Source: Octopus sinensis
Lineage: Eukaryota
Assembly: GCF_006345805.1 (NCBI RefSeq)
Contig: NC_043017.1
Location: forward strand, 12,524,001-12,588,000
Direction of reading: 5' to 3'
Length of the DNA: 64,000 nucleotides
Part shown: piece by piece, positions 36,976 through 49,628 of the stretch
Numbering within the stretch: the first letter of the stretch is position 1
Layout: each line of letters begins with the position of its first letter
The notes under the pieces: model-generated
What the model was told of the DNA's origin: nothing
The model's database searches: none
What the model saw: only the letters and a program-made list of their open reading frames with translations
Position numbers and translations under genes: made by a program

Positions 36976-37468
36976 CCATGAAATGGACACTCAGCCTACT
37001 AGAAATAGCAGCCAAATCTCTCTTATATAATCACACCATCTTGTCTTTAGAAAAGGAAGTAGACATTTAGTGCTGAAACTTTATATTGCAATGCATCTGA
37101 ATAAAAATATAAAAGATAGGTTGGGCAGTGTAGAGGAAGTATCATCTTGGTCATGGTTCTTACTAATTGGGAATGACATGGAACACAGATGGCATGTCTT
37201 GGAGGAGGAAGTAGATCCTACTTGAAAAAAATTTAATAAAGCTAAAAATAGAAGGCAGGGATTGCCCTGGCTTGGTAGCAGCGTCGTTACTGATGTTGCC
37301 CTTTCGAAAAAGAAAAGAGTTAGAGCAGATACTGCAAAGCATCTAACAATTTTCTTCGGAGCAATATTTTATTGACATAGAAAGGATGAATGGAACAGTT
37401 GGTCATGGTGGGATTTCAACTCAGAGAACAATGAATCAGAACAAATACTACAAGGTATTTTGCCTCAA

Positions 37469-37716
37469 GGCGGCGAGCTGGCAGAAACGTTAGCATGCCG
37501 GGCGAAATGCTTAACGGTATTTTGCCAGCTGTTACGTTCTGGGTTCAAATTCCGCCGAGGTTGACTTTGCCTTTCATCCTTTCGGGGTTGATAAATTAAG
37601 TACCAGTTACGCACTGGGGTCGATGTAATCGACTTAATCTGTTTGTCTGTCCTTGTTTGTCCCCTCTGTGTTTAGCCCCTTGTGGGTAGTTAAGAAATAG
37701 GTATTTTGCCTGACAT
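37469..37716 (+). mobile_element. SINE family B, full length
   Basis: ggcggcgagctggcagaaacgttagc...gccccttgtgggtagttaagaaataggtattt. Confidence 0.9.
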
Positions 37717-37921
37717 TTTGCTAATGGGACTTCCTAAGTTGCCAGGTGGCAATGATAAGCTACGCAAAGGGACAAATAAAGCTATAAATAGTTCTTTCCT
37801 CTATAAGCACAATGCCTGAAATGGGGTCGATGGGTAGGGACTAGACAATTACATCGACCCCAGGGATTTAACTGGTACTTATTCTACAACCCAAAAGGGT
37901 GGGAGGCAAATGTCAACCATG

Positions 37922-38228
37922 AGTGGAGTCACATGGCACAGTGGTTAGAGCACTGGACTCACAGTCAAGGGATTGCGGGTTCGAATCTCAGACCGGGCGA
38001 TGTGTGTGTTTATGAGCGAAATACCTAAGCTCCATGCGGCTCCGGCGGAAGGTAATGGCAAACTTCTGCTGACTCTTTTGCCACAACTTTCTCTCGCTCT
38101 TTCCTCCTGCATCTTGCAGCTCGCCTGCGTTGGACTGGCGTCCTGTCCAGGTGGGGAACCTATACACCAAGGAAACCGGGAAACCGGCCCTAATGAGCCA
38201 GGCATGGCTCGAGAAGGAATAAACAAAA
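37922..38228 (+). mobile_element. SINE family C, tail type 2, inserted in an old minus-strand B SINE
   Basis: Family C head and core; tail ggactggcgtcctgtccagg...ggctcgagaaggaataaacaa; TSD gtcaaccatg at 37912-37921 and 38229-38238. Confidence 0.85.
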
Positions 38229-38628
38229 GTCAACCATGGTGGGATTTGAACTCGGAACGTAAAAACAGATGAAATGCTGCTAAGCATTTTGTCCAGCATG
38301 CTAACAGTCTGCCAACTCACTGGCTTTAAATAAAACTATAAATAAGAGAGTTTCCAATTTTGGCACAAGGCCAGCAATTTCAGGGAAGGGATAAGTCAAC
38401 TGCATTGACCTCAGAGTTCAACTGGTATTTATTTTATTGACCCCGCAAGGATAAAAGGCAAAGTCAACCTCAGTGGAGTTTGAACTCAGAACATAAAGAC
38501 AGATGAAAAGCCACTAAGCATTCTGCATTGCATGCTAACAATTTTGCCAGCAAACTGTCTTTGATAAAGACTATAAATAATAGCATGTATATATTGGGTT
38601 TAAACCTTTTGGATAAGAAAAATCAAAA

Positions 38629-38694
38629 GCTGCCTGTGGGATTTGAACCCACATCTCCAGTAAACACGATGTTCTACCACTGTACCAAAGCAAC
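38629..38694 (-). tRNA. tRNA-like pseudogene or solo SINE head
   Basis: Minus strand: acceptor stem GTTGCTT/AGGCAGC, A-box tggtacagtggtag, perfect T-arm GTGGG-TTCAAAT-CCCAC, followed by TTTT. The anticodon arm is shortened, so it is not a canonical tRNA. Confidence 0.4.
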
Positions 38695-39349
38695 CCTTTG
38701 AATTTCTCTATTTACTTCATTTAGAAACACTATTCTTACCAGTAAGAGTTTTCTGTTGGGGCTGACCTGGAGCTGAACAACAACACAACAACAACGTCAA
38801 ACAACAAAATCAAGATAAAGAATAAACATGAGAAGGGCAACAAGTCACCCCGCCCACCCAGAAGGCCTACCCCCATATCTGTTTCTATCACGTACCCAAG
38901 AAGTACTTGCAGTGCTGCAAAAGAACTATCGAGCAACTTAAAACAATCTAAGTCAGCTTCCAGTTAAACACAGAGAACAAACACAGACAAAATGGAACAT
39001 CGTTTGCCACCAACACCCCACCCCTCTCCTTAAGTACACGCCCAACACCCTGAAGCACCTCACCTTGGCAAGGAAAAAAGCTAACCCACCCACAAACAGT
39101 AACCCTAACCCCTCCCTGGCATGCTAGATTTTTGATGTAACCACTGTTACAACACATTATGTAGATATACACATTATGCTTAACATATTCACCTCTGTCT
39201 ATCTCTCATCGCTTCTGTCTGACTGTCACCTCTCTATCATCTATCTATATCCCCCTCTTCTTCTAGTCTATCTCTCAATCGCTGTCTGTCTGTCTGTCTG
39301 TCCTCTCTCTCTCTCTCTTCTCCTCTCTCTATATCTCTCTCGCTCTCTG

Positions 39350-39393
<44 letters not shown>

Positions 39394-39787
39394 CTATCTC
39401 TCAATTGCTGTCTCTCTCTCTCTCTCTCTCTGGGTTAAGTAACCTAAAACATGTAGTAGCAGATCTGATCTGCTGATTACACACACACACAGACACACAC
39501 ACAAACACAGAACATTCACAAAGACACACCCACATTTACACGCAATCACACACATTTTTACACACATTCACAAACAACATAAAGCACGTACATATACAAG
39601 CAAAAGTTCACAAACGCGTATTCTCATAGAACCACATGCACACACATAAACGCACACATTCTCACATACACACCCACATTTAAACACATTTTCACATGCA
39701 CACACACACACACACATACGCATCCGCAAAGAGCAAACTGCTTGCATACACACACCTTTACACATGTGCATACACACACACACATTC

Positions 39788-39887
39788 NNNNNNNNNNNNN
39801 NNNNNNNNNNNNNNNNNNNNNNNNNNNNNNNNNNNNNNNNNNNNNNNNNNNNNNNNNNNNNNNNNNNNNNNNNNNNNNNNNNNNNNN
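39788..39887. other. assembly gap (100 N)
   Basis: Run of N inside microsatellite/minisatellite sequence. Confidence 1.
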
Positions 39888-40160
39888 TGTGTGTGTCCAT
39901 CTCTATGAAAAGGAAGGAACACATGTGTGTGTGTGTGTAGGAATACACATGTGTGTGTGTAGGAATACACGTGTGTGTGTGTGTGTGTAGGAATACACAT
40001 GTGTGTGTATGTGTGTGTAGGAATACACATGTGTGTGTGTCCATCTCTATGAAAAGGAAGGAACACGTGTGTGTGTGTGTGTGTGTAGGAATACACATGT
40101 GTGTGTGTGTCCATCTCTATGAAAAGGAAGGAACACGTGTGTGTGTGTGTGTGTGTGTCC
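39888..40160. repeat. minisatellite of tgtgtgtccatctctatgaaaaggaaggaacac and tgtgtgtaggaatacac units
   Basis: Three ccatctctatgaaaagg units and five aggaatacac units. Confidence 0.9.
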
Positions 40161-40255
40161 ATCTCATGCCAGCATGGAAACTTGGACATTAAACAATGGT
40201 GATGATGTTTATGTATATCATATCATATATGTACACTCACATACATGCACACACA

Positions 40256-40289
<34 letters not shown>

Positions 40290-40979
40290 TTATATGTGCA
40301 TATTTGAGTGTGTTTGTGTGTATACGTATGTATGTGTGTGAGACTGTGTAGACATAAAAACAAACTGATGCAGATGGCTGTAAAATGCCTCAGCATGATG
40401 TCATTGTCTGGACTGTCTGGTGCAAACATACTTACAACAACTAGAACAACTTTGTTGTTTATATTTCACAGTGTGGAGTGGGTCCATTACATCATACGAC
40501 TAGCATTTACAGAGGGTGGCCATGGCCCAGGACTTTCAAGTGCCTGTCAACAGTGTTATCAGTTCTTATTCAGAGCTACTGCCCCTACTAATAGCCTGGG
40601 TACTCTAATGAGGAAACTTGTGGAGCTGAATCTGGTTTCTGTCCCATTTTGATCAGGGTTTCGGGGGACTGGATGACTTTCTAATCACCAACATATCAAT
40701 CTCTCTCCCTCCACAACCACTCTCTCTCACACACACATATATGCACCCAGATATACACGTATATATTTATACATAGACATGTATAAGTATAAACACACAC
40801 ATGCATATAAATACATATATATATATATACACACATACATACATACGAATGTATAAACACAAACACGTGTGTGTGTGTGTGCGTACGACAGAGAGAGTGA
40901 GTGTGTATACTCATACATATATTACATACACATTGATACACACACATATATAAGCACATACATATGTATACATATATTA

Positions 40980-40999
40980 GACATACACAAAAATACACA

Positions 41000-41037
<38 letters not shown>

Positions 41038-41260
41038 AAAATACACACTCTCTCTCTCACTCTCACACACACACACACACACATACACAAAAATACACAC
41101 TCTCTCTCTCTCACTCACACACACACACATACACAAAAATACACTCTCTCTCTCTCACTCACACACACACACACAAATACACTCTCTCTCTCACTCACAC
41201 ACACACACACACACAAATACACACTCTCTCTCTCTCACTCACACACACACACACACAGCT
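40980..41260. repeat. about 36-40-bp minisatellite (aaaatacacactctctctc...cacacac)
   Basis: Several visible units. Confidence 0.9.
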
Positions 41261-41619
41261 TCCATCATGAATAAAAGAGGACTTGTTACATGTCAATGCT
41301 AATTGTTATCAGCATTCTCCACCATCATCATTACCATTATCATCATCATCATCATCACAGACATCCATCATCACCACCATGACCAACAACAACAACTACC
41401 ATGCTCCTCACACTGATGAAGAAACAGATAACCAGCTGAACGCCAGCCAACAGACACAAGACTAAGCTGTAGAGGTGGGAACGGGGTGGGTGAGAGGGTG
41501 GGCAGTGGCTCTTTTTGTTGTTTCATTTTACGGGTGCAGGGTGGGGCGGAGGAGTAGCTGGGATTTTCTGCTTTATTTATCATTCCCCTCCTCCCCTCCC
41601 ACTGCAGATGGAATGCAGG

Positions 41620-42035
41620 TTTACTCTTTACTCTTTTACTTGTTTCAGTCATTTGACTGCGGCCATGCTGGAGCACCGCCTTCAGTCGAGCAAATCGATC
41701 CCCGGGACTTATTCTTTGTAAGCCCAGTACTTATTCTATCGGTCTCTTTTGCCGAACCGCTAAGTGACGGGGACGTAAACACACCAGCATCGGTTGTCAA
41801 GCAATGCTGGAGGGACAAACACAGACACACAAACACATACACACACATATACATATATATATATACATATATACGACAGGCTTCTTTCAGTTTCCGTCTA
41901 CCAAATCCACTCACAAGGCATTGGTCGGCCCGGGGCTATAGCAGAAGACACTTGCCCAAGATGCCACGCAGTGGGACTGAACCCGGAACCATGTGGTTGG
42001 TAAACAAGCAACTTACCACACAGCCACTCCTGCGC
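41620..42035 (-). mobile_element. SINE family A, full length
   Basis: Reverse complement of the complete element. Confidence 0.95.
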
Positions 42036-42250
42036 TTGTTTTATTATATTTTGTCATGGGGGGTGAGGTTAGTATGTGCATGTGTGTGCATAAGGGTCCT
42101 TAACCTTTTTTTCTGTTCAAAGCATTTTCACAAGTTTATCCTAAATCTCCACACTTTTGTTCAAACTTCTCTCATACAATCTGAGCAATGTAAAGCTTTC
42201 TTTTCGTAAGTCCCAAGTTTCTCTGGTAGTTGAGAAAAAAAACTGAGTAT

Positions 42251-42679
42251 CATCATCATCATCATCGTCGTTTAACGTCCGTTCTCCATGCTAGCATGGG
42301 TTGGATGGTTTGACCGGGAATCTGGGAAGACAGTAGGCTGCACCAGGCCCAGTGTGATCTGGCAGTGTTTCTACAGCTGGATGCCCTTCCTAACGCCAAT
42401 CACTCCGTGAGTGTAGTGGGTGCTTTTTACGTGCCAGGCGAGGCTGGCAACAGCCATGATCGGATTGGTGCATTTTACGTGCCACCGGCACGGAAGCCAG
42501 TCAAGGCGGCGCTGGCATCAGCCACGATTCGGATGGTGCTTTTTACGTGCCACCGGCACGGAAGCCTGTCATGGCGGCACTGGCATCGGCCACGATTCGG
42601 ATGGTGCTTTTTACGTGCCACCAGCACAGGGATCACAACTGCAGTTTCCATTGATTTTGATGTTGGTGTACTTGAAGTA
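42251..42679 (-). mobile_element. RTE 3'-UTR stub with TSD
   Basis: (CAT)n tail, ttttacgtgcca subrepeats, 5' part matching 34610-34660; tgagtat at 42244-42250 and 42680-42686. Confidence 0.9.
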
Positions 42680-42983
42680 TGAGTATTATATTTGATGCAT
42701 AGACACCAGGGTAATATGTCCCACATATCACGATACACAGACAGGCGAAAGATTAACATCGCCACCAACAATAGCCTAGATAACACAATAAGGAAGCTGC
42801 CACGTGGTCACTAACACAAATACATGCATGCATGCATCCAACCATACATACATACATACATATATGTATACATATACATTGGGCATTTGGAGCAAGATGT
42901 GGCCCTCCAACCTGTTGCATCCTGTCATACCATCCAAACCATTCCAGCAGGGAAAACAGACATACAACGATAATGATGATGGT

Positions 42984-43305
42984 AATGAATGACCATGGGA
43001 TTGCACCTAGAAAGTTCCCCTCCTGGGCACAGGTCCAAGCAAGGTTGTTTATGGAAGACCAGCGGTCACCCATGCATACCAGCCTATCCCTCTCCAACAT
43101 CACTGATGTTATCCAAGAGAAAGGCAAAGGAGCCAATACAGCTTCGCACCAGTGGGCATTGCAACTCATTTCTACGGTTGAGCGAACTGGAGCAATGTGA
43201 AATAAAGTATCTTTCTCAAGAACACAACACACAGCCCAGTACAGGAATCAAACCCAGTACCTCATGATTCTGAGCCCGACACCCAAACCACTGAGCCATG
43301 CACCT
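42984..43305 (-). mobile_element. SINE family D
   Basis: gaatgaccatgggattgcacctag...ccactgagccatgcacc; a further fragment at 46349-46470. Confidence 0.85.
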
Positions 43306-44039
43306 TCACATGCCTATAGATCACCCTTAATCCCCTTACCTGTCCCTGTCTCCATCCCCCTCACATTCACATTCTAGTACCTTGAGGGTATGTCCTGACA
43401 CCCTATCACAACTATCATCATCATCTCTCCTTTTACCAGGTGGGGCAGTCATGCATCCCATCTAGAACAAGTCACTTGTTCTTATCCCCTTAGCATATGC
43501 TTGGCTTTCAATACCTGGCACAAGCCACATCCCTCATTACCATACCCACCTCAATCAAGGGATTTTGTCTTGTAAGCTACATGGCAACCTTACTAGTGCA
43601 AGTGACATGGAAAAAGCACCCAGTACACTCTGTACAGTAGTTGGTGCCAGAAAGGGGCATCCAGTCACAGAAACCTGGCCAAAACAAACACTGGAGCTTG
43701 GCAGTCCCGTAGCCAGCTAGGTCCTGTAAACCATCCAACCTATACCAGCATGATAGATATGTACACATACACCATGCAGAGCCTATGAGGGGGAAATCCA
43801 GCCAGTAGATTAGTCCAGGGTTCCAGACACCCTATGACAATCTACTGGGACATTTTGCTTTAAAAAAAAAAAAAAGGGGAAAACGCAAAAACCTTGAATT
43901 TTGAGACCACCACTGCTATCCCATCCTGGAACTCTAAAGTTTTGTCCCACATTGCCAAATATATTTGCAGGCTCTGCATGCACACACAAAAAAACACACA
44001 TAGACTTACATATGCATGTGTATATGCACACACACACAC

Positions 44040-44420
44040 ATCTTTTACTTTTAAGCTTCCACTTGTTTCAGTCAACAGAGTGTGGCCATGCTGGTGCATC
44101 ACCTTGAAGAATTTTAGTCAAACAAAACAACTTCAGTATTTTTCTTTAAGCCTGCTACTTATTCCATCAGTCTCTATCAAACATTAAGTTACGGGAAGGT
44201 AAACAAACCAACATCAGTTGTCAAGTAGTGATAGGGGACAAACATAGACACACACACACACATAGGCTTCTTTCAATTTCCAACTACCAAATCCACTCAA
44301 AAGGCTTTGGGTGGCCCTAGGCTAAAATAGAAGACACTTGCCCAAGGTGCCATGTAGTGACACTGAACCCAGAATCACATGGTTGGGAAGTTAGTTTTTT
44401 ACCACAGTGTCATGCCTGCA
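44040..44420 (-). mobile_element. old family A-like SINE
   Basis: cttgtttcagtc...aggcttctttcaatttcc...cacttgcccaaggtgcc. Confidence 0.75.
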
Positions 44421-44440
44421 ACTATATACAATAAGACTAA

Positions 44441-44662
44441 TTGGCAGACTCGTTAGCACGCTGGGCGAAATGCTTAGCGGTATTTCGTCAGTCGTTACGT
44501 TCTGAGTTCAAATTCCGCCGAGGTCGACTTTACCTTTCATCCTTTCGGGGTCGATAAATAAAGTACCAGTTTCACACTGGGGTCGATGTAATCGACTTAA
44601 TCCCTTTGTCTGTCCTTGTTTGTCCCCTCTATGTTTAGCCCCTTGTGGGCAATAAAGAAATA
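44441..44662 (+). mobile_element. SINE family B
   Basis: ttggcagactcgttagcacgctgggcgaaatgc...ccttgtgggcaataaagaaata. Confidence 0.9.
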
Positions 44663-45269
44663 TATATACATTAAGAATCAGACACACATACACACACACA
44701 CACATTTTGTGTGTTTCATGGGTTATCTGTAAAAACTGCATTGGTAGTCACCTGACTGTAACAGCACCACCAATACCACCACCATAGATCCATCTACTGA
44801 TTCCACCACCATCACAGTTCCATCTACCTGCTCCAACACCACCACCACCACCAAAGTTCTGTCAATCCCAGTACTATCATCACAGTTCCAGCTACCAAAT
44901 CCAACACCTCTACCACCACCATCACCACGGTTAAACCACCACTACCACCCTTATAGTTCTTATTACTCAATCTCGGCGCCACCCTCAGTGCCATCTGCCA
45001 ATCATAGCACGCCCCACCACCACCACCACCATACCTTTGCCATCAACTAGTTCAGCCCCTAAAGACTATCACCACCAATACCAATATCTCTTTAGTATAA
45101 CCAACACTGCTGCTACTGCCACCACAACTAGGAATACTACTAATACTACCATCACCACTACTACTACTACTATTACTTCTACAGTATTAAATATACTACA
45201 ACAGCACCACAATCGATGCAACCATGACACCACAGCCTTTACCACCAGCACTGCTACCGATTCCACCAC

Positions 45270-45720
45270 ATGAAAAAGGAAGGAAAGAATGAAGGAAAGA
45301 AAGAATGAAAGAATGAGAAGGGTGTGTGAGAGGAGAGGGGATAGAGGGGTAGATAGGAGGGAAGGGGAGCGATGGGGGGTGAGAGGAGAGGAGAAAGAAA
45401 GAAAGAAACAAAGTAAAGGGAGAAAGAGAGAAAGAAAACTAGAAAGGGAGAAAGAAACAGACAGACACAAAGAAAAATAGGGAGAAAAGTGAGAAAGAAA
45501 GATAAAGAAAGAAAACAGAGAAAGAGAGGAAGAAAGAGAGAAAGAAAGAAAGAAAAGAAAGAAAGAAAGATAAAGAAAGAAAACAGAGAAAGAGAGGAAG
45601 AAAGAAAGATAAAGAAAGAAAACAGAGAAAGAGAGGAAGAAAGAAAGAGAGAAAGAAAGAAAGAGAGAACTAGAAAGAAGTGAAAGAAAGAGAAGAAAGA
45701 TACAGGAGAGAAAGACAGAG
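45270..45720. repeat. polypurine tract with a gataaagaaagaaaacagagaaagagaggaag unit repeated three times
   Basis: Visible directly in sequence. Confidence 0.9.
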
Positions 45721-47529
45721 GAAGCAGTAGCAGTAGCAGCAGCAGCAGCAGCGGGTTAACACATGATTTTTATCTGTATTTTGTACCTGTTTGAAGATAT
45801 CAATGTTTACACATTCTTATAATATTTACCGCCCTGGTTTCTCAACAACAACAGCACACACACAAACACACACACAAACACACATACATACACAAACACA
45901 CACACATACACACCCAAGCACAGAGTTATCTGGGTCTTACCTATAGGTAGGTGGTATTCAGATATCAACATTCATTGCTGCTGCCACCACCACCACCACC
46001 ACCACCACCACCACCCCCACCACCACCACCACCACCACCACCACAAACATCATGCTAATAACAAGAACAACAACAACAGCAGCAGCAACATTATAAACCA
46101 ATAAGAAAGATCCTACATCAAGTAAGCAGAGCCCATTCACCCACTCACCCTCCATTCTCTTCCCCGCCCCCCATGGACCAAATTCCCTCAAAGTACAAAA
46201 AATAAAAAAAATTGAAATCTGAAACCACATGGCTGTGTACTTCAGAAGTTTGCTTCCCCCCTCCCCGACGGTATAGTTTTGGGGTTCAGTTCCTCTATGT
46301 GGTGCCTTGAATAACTATAGTACCAAGCTGACCAAAACCTTGTGAGAAGATGCATACCAGCCTATCCCTCTCCAACATCACTGATGTTATCCAAGAGAAA
46401 GGCAAAGGAGCCAATACAGCTTCGCACCAGTGGGCATTGCAACTCATTTCTACAGGTGAGCGAACTGGATTCAATCAGCTAAAGTTCTTCAAGGCAGTGC
46501 CCCAGCATGGCCACAGACCAACGACCAAAACAAGTAAATGATGAAAAGATAAAAGACATAAACACACACTCTCATGCAGGTGTTTGTCCGTTGTGATCAT
46601 GTGGTACGAAAGCACCTGAATGACCCTAAAAGAAAAAGACAGCGAAGATTTAAAGCGCTGGGACAGAATGGTCAACATAATCGACTGTTTGCACCACCCA
46701 AAATCTCTGGCCTCCAGGCAGCAACATAGCAGAATTGTTACAGCATATCTTCTGTCTTCACGTTCCGAGTTCAAATACTGCCAGGATCAACTTTTACCGT
46801 TCTTCCTTTCGGGGTCAATAAAATAGATACCAGTTGAGTACTGGGGATCAATGTAATCAATTTGTCCCCTCCTTAAAATTGCTGGCTTTGTGCCAAAATT
46901 TAAAACCATTATTATCAACGCAGCAAGCTGGCAGAATCATTACCACACTGGACAAAACACTTAGTGGCATTTCCTCTTCCGGCTCTTTATATTCTGAGTT
47001 CAAATCCCACAGAGGCCAACTTTGCCTTTTGCCCTTTCAGAATGCATTTGAATAGCATAGCCTACTCTCTCAAAATTCCATGTTTTGTGCTTATAGCAGA
47101 AAGGGTTATCAATGAACAGCGAGAAGTACCAATCCAGTATTGGGGCTGATGGTATAAGAGTAATCCTACCACCCTCAAAACTGTGGGTCTTGTGCCAAAA
47201 TTAGAAAGCACTATCATAACCACTACTACTGCTACTACTACTACTATAATATACAACATTTTCCAGTGATATTAAATATACCGTTATCACTGATATTAAA
47301 ATATCATTATTCAATTATTAAATATCTACGGTTGTATTGAACGTTATTGATTTCTTCCATTGGTGCAAGGTCGCAGCTTTGTAGGGAGAGTGGAGGAGGG
47401 ACGCTGGGGGAAAAGCAAACTTTTTATTTAGATTTTTCAACTTTTTTTTTTTTTTGTATTTCATATATCACACATTTGCAAACAATAAATGCCATCCCTG
47501 GTTATAAGTTTTTTTTTTTTTCCTAATAA

Positions 47530-47700
47530 CACATCGAAACAAAAATTGGTTCGCCGCATTCCCAATGGCGCGAGCGACGAGGAAGCAGCAGAGCAGAATG
47601 GAATAGCAACTCGGTCACAATAAACATCACGAGGAGGCATTTTGCTTCGATTTTCTTTGTTTGACACACGAGTTAATCAGCATTTTCTCACCAATGGAAT
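47530..47700. promoter_or_regulatory. unique CpG-rich island with three CCAAT motifs
   Basis: attgg at about 47545, ccaat at about 47562 and 47691; CpG cluster ttcgccgcattcccaatggcgcgagcgacg in otherwise CpG-poor DNA. Function not shown. Confidence 0.3.
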
Positions 47701-47746
47701 ACATCATAATAAACACACACATACATTATATCATACTCATATGTAT

Positions 47747-48151
47747 CTCTTTTACTCTTTTACTTGTTTCAGTCATTTGACTGCGGCCATGCTGGAGCAC
47801 CGCCTTTAGTCAAGCAAATCGACCCCGGGACTTATTCTTTGTAAGCCCAGTACTTATTCTATCGGTCTCTATTGCCGAGCCGCTATGTAATGGGGACGTA
47901 AACACACCAGCATCGGTTGTCAAGCAATGCTAGGGGGACAAACACAGACACACAAACACACACATACATATACATATATGTACATATATACGACAGGCTT
48001 CTTTCAGTTTCCGTCTACCAAATCCACTCACAAGGCTTTGGTCGGCCCGAGGCTATAGTAGAAGACACTTGCCCAAGGTGCCACACAGTGGGACTGAACC
48101 CGGAACCATGCGGTTGTTAAACAAGCTACTTACCACACAGCCACTCTGCGC
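47747..48151 (-). mobile_element. SINE family A, full length
   Basis: Reverse complement of the complete element. Confidence 0.95.
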
Positions 48152-48204
48152 TATATATTTATTATAAATATATGGATATATATATATTATATATATATAT
48201 ATAT

Positions 48205-48360
48205 ATAGGGAGAGTTTATGAAAAAAACAAAAGACGAAGACAGGTGGTGTACAAAACAAACAGATATTAGTATAACGCTCAGGAATAGAAAAAGTCTTTT
48301 ACGTTTCGAGCCTATGCTCTTCCACAGAAAGCGACACAGAAAGAAACAAGGAGAGAAAAA
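48205..48360 (-). mobile_element. Penelope-like terminal repeat fragment with hammerhead-like motif
   Basis: Minus strand gtcgcttt-ctgtggaa-gagc-atag-gctc-gaaa-cgta-aaagac, running into a (TA)n tract. Confidence 0.5.
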
Positions 48361-48377
48361 AATGTGTGTATACATAT

Positions 48378-48730
48378 GTGGCTATGAAGTAAAACACTTG
48401 CTTCCTAACCACATGGTTCCAAGTTCAGTCCCACTGCATGACATCTTGGGCAAGTGTCTTCTACTATAGCCTTGGGCCAACAAAAGCCTTGTGAGTGGAT
48501 TTGGTGGATGGAAACTGAAAGAAGCCCGTCGTGTGTGTTTGTCCACCAGCACCACTTGACAACTTGTGTTGGTGTCTTTACATCCCCGTAACTTAGCAGT
48601 CTGGCAAAAGAAACTGATTGAATAAGTAGTAGGCTTAAGAAATGTCCTGGGGTCTATTTGTTTGATTAAAACCCTTCAAGGTGGTGCTCCAGCATGGCTA
48701 TAGTCAAATGGACTGAAACAAGTAACAGAA
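48378..48730 (+). mobile_element. older family A-like SINE
   Basis: gtggctatgaagtaaaacacttgc to ggactgaaacaagtaacagaa. Confidence 0.8.
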
Positions 48731-48786
48731 TATGTATATATGTATGTATGTATGTGTGTATGTATGTGTGTGTGTGTATGTGTATG

Positions 48787-48891
<105 letters not shown>

Positions 48892-49628
48892 GTATGTATA
48901 TATATATATATGTATGTATAATATATATATATAGTATGTATGTAGTATGTATGTATATATATATATGTATGTATGTATATATAAAAAGAGAATGTCACTA
49001 ACATCCTGGTAACGATATTGTTCTTAAAAGCTTGTGTCGTAGTAGCATATTAGAGACCTAGTACTAATATTCATTGGCATCCTAGTACCACTGGTATACT
49101 ACTGTGTTAATACTAGGGTCAGACAAGGTACTAGTCCTAGTGTCCTAGTACCAGTGCTATACTGGAGTTCAACATGAAAGTAATGTTGGTTACCACTTTG
49201 CAAACATTAAAGTTGATATTTAAATGTCAACTGCAAAAAACCAAATTTATAAACAGGAAAAAAAACAAACAAACAAAAAGAAAATAGTTAAAAAATACAA
49301 TTAAGAGGTTGAGGTGGGGGTGAAATTTGATAAAAATTCACACTGAGATAATAACAAGTAAATATAAATATAGAAAAATATCTATTTTCTGTGTGCATAT
49401 GCAAGGAGATAACATGCACCATTAATCTTTCAATACAGTTATGCCTAAGACCACCTCTGGCTCTAACCATACAAAACCTAAGAACACCTCCAGCTCTATG
49501 TCTACAAGAGCTGTCTAAGAACATCTCTTGCTCCAAGCATACTAAGCCTGTCTGTTATAGTGAAATTAAGACCTTCTGTCATACATTTTTATGAAAAGAC
49601 CTTTGTTGTCAGGTTTATGTTCAAAACA

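Noticed and set aside
40471-40652. Good plus-strand acceptor with a 60-codon frame (VEWVHYIIRLAF...)
   Set aside because: No recognisable homology, and the 3' part resembles an old repeat.
41475-42209. 244-aa ORF and the recurring peptides LSVSVYQIHSQG, FSFRLPNPLTR, QHGRSQMTETSKR
   Set aside because: They are translations of SINE family A, not a gene family.
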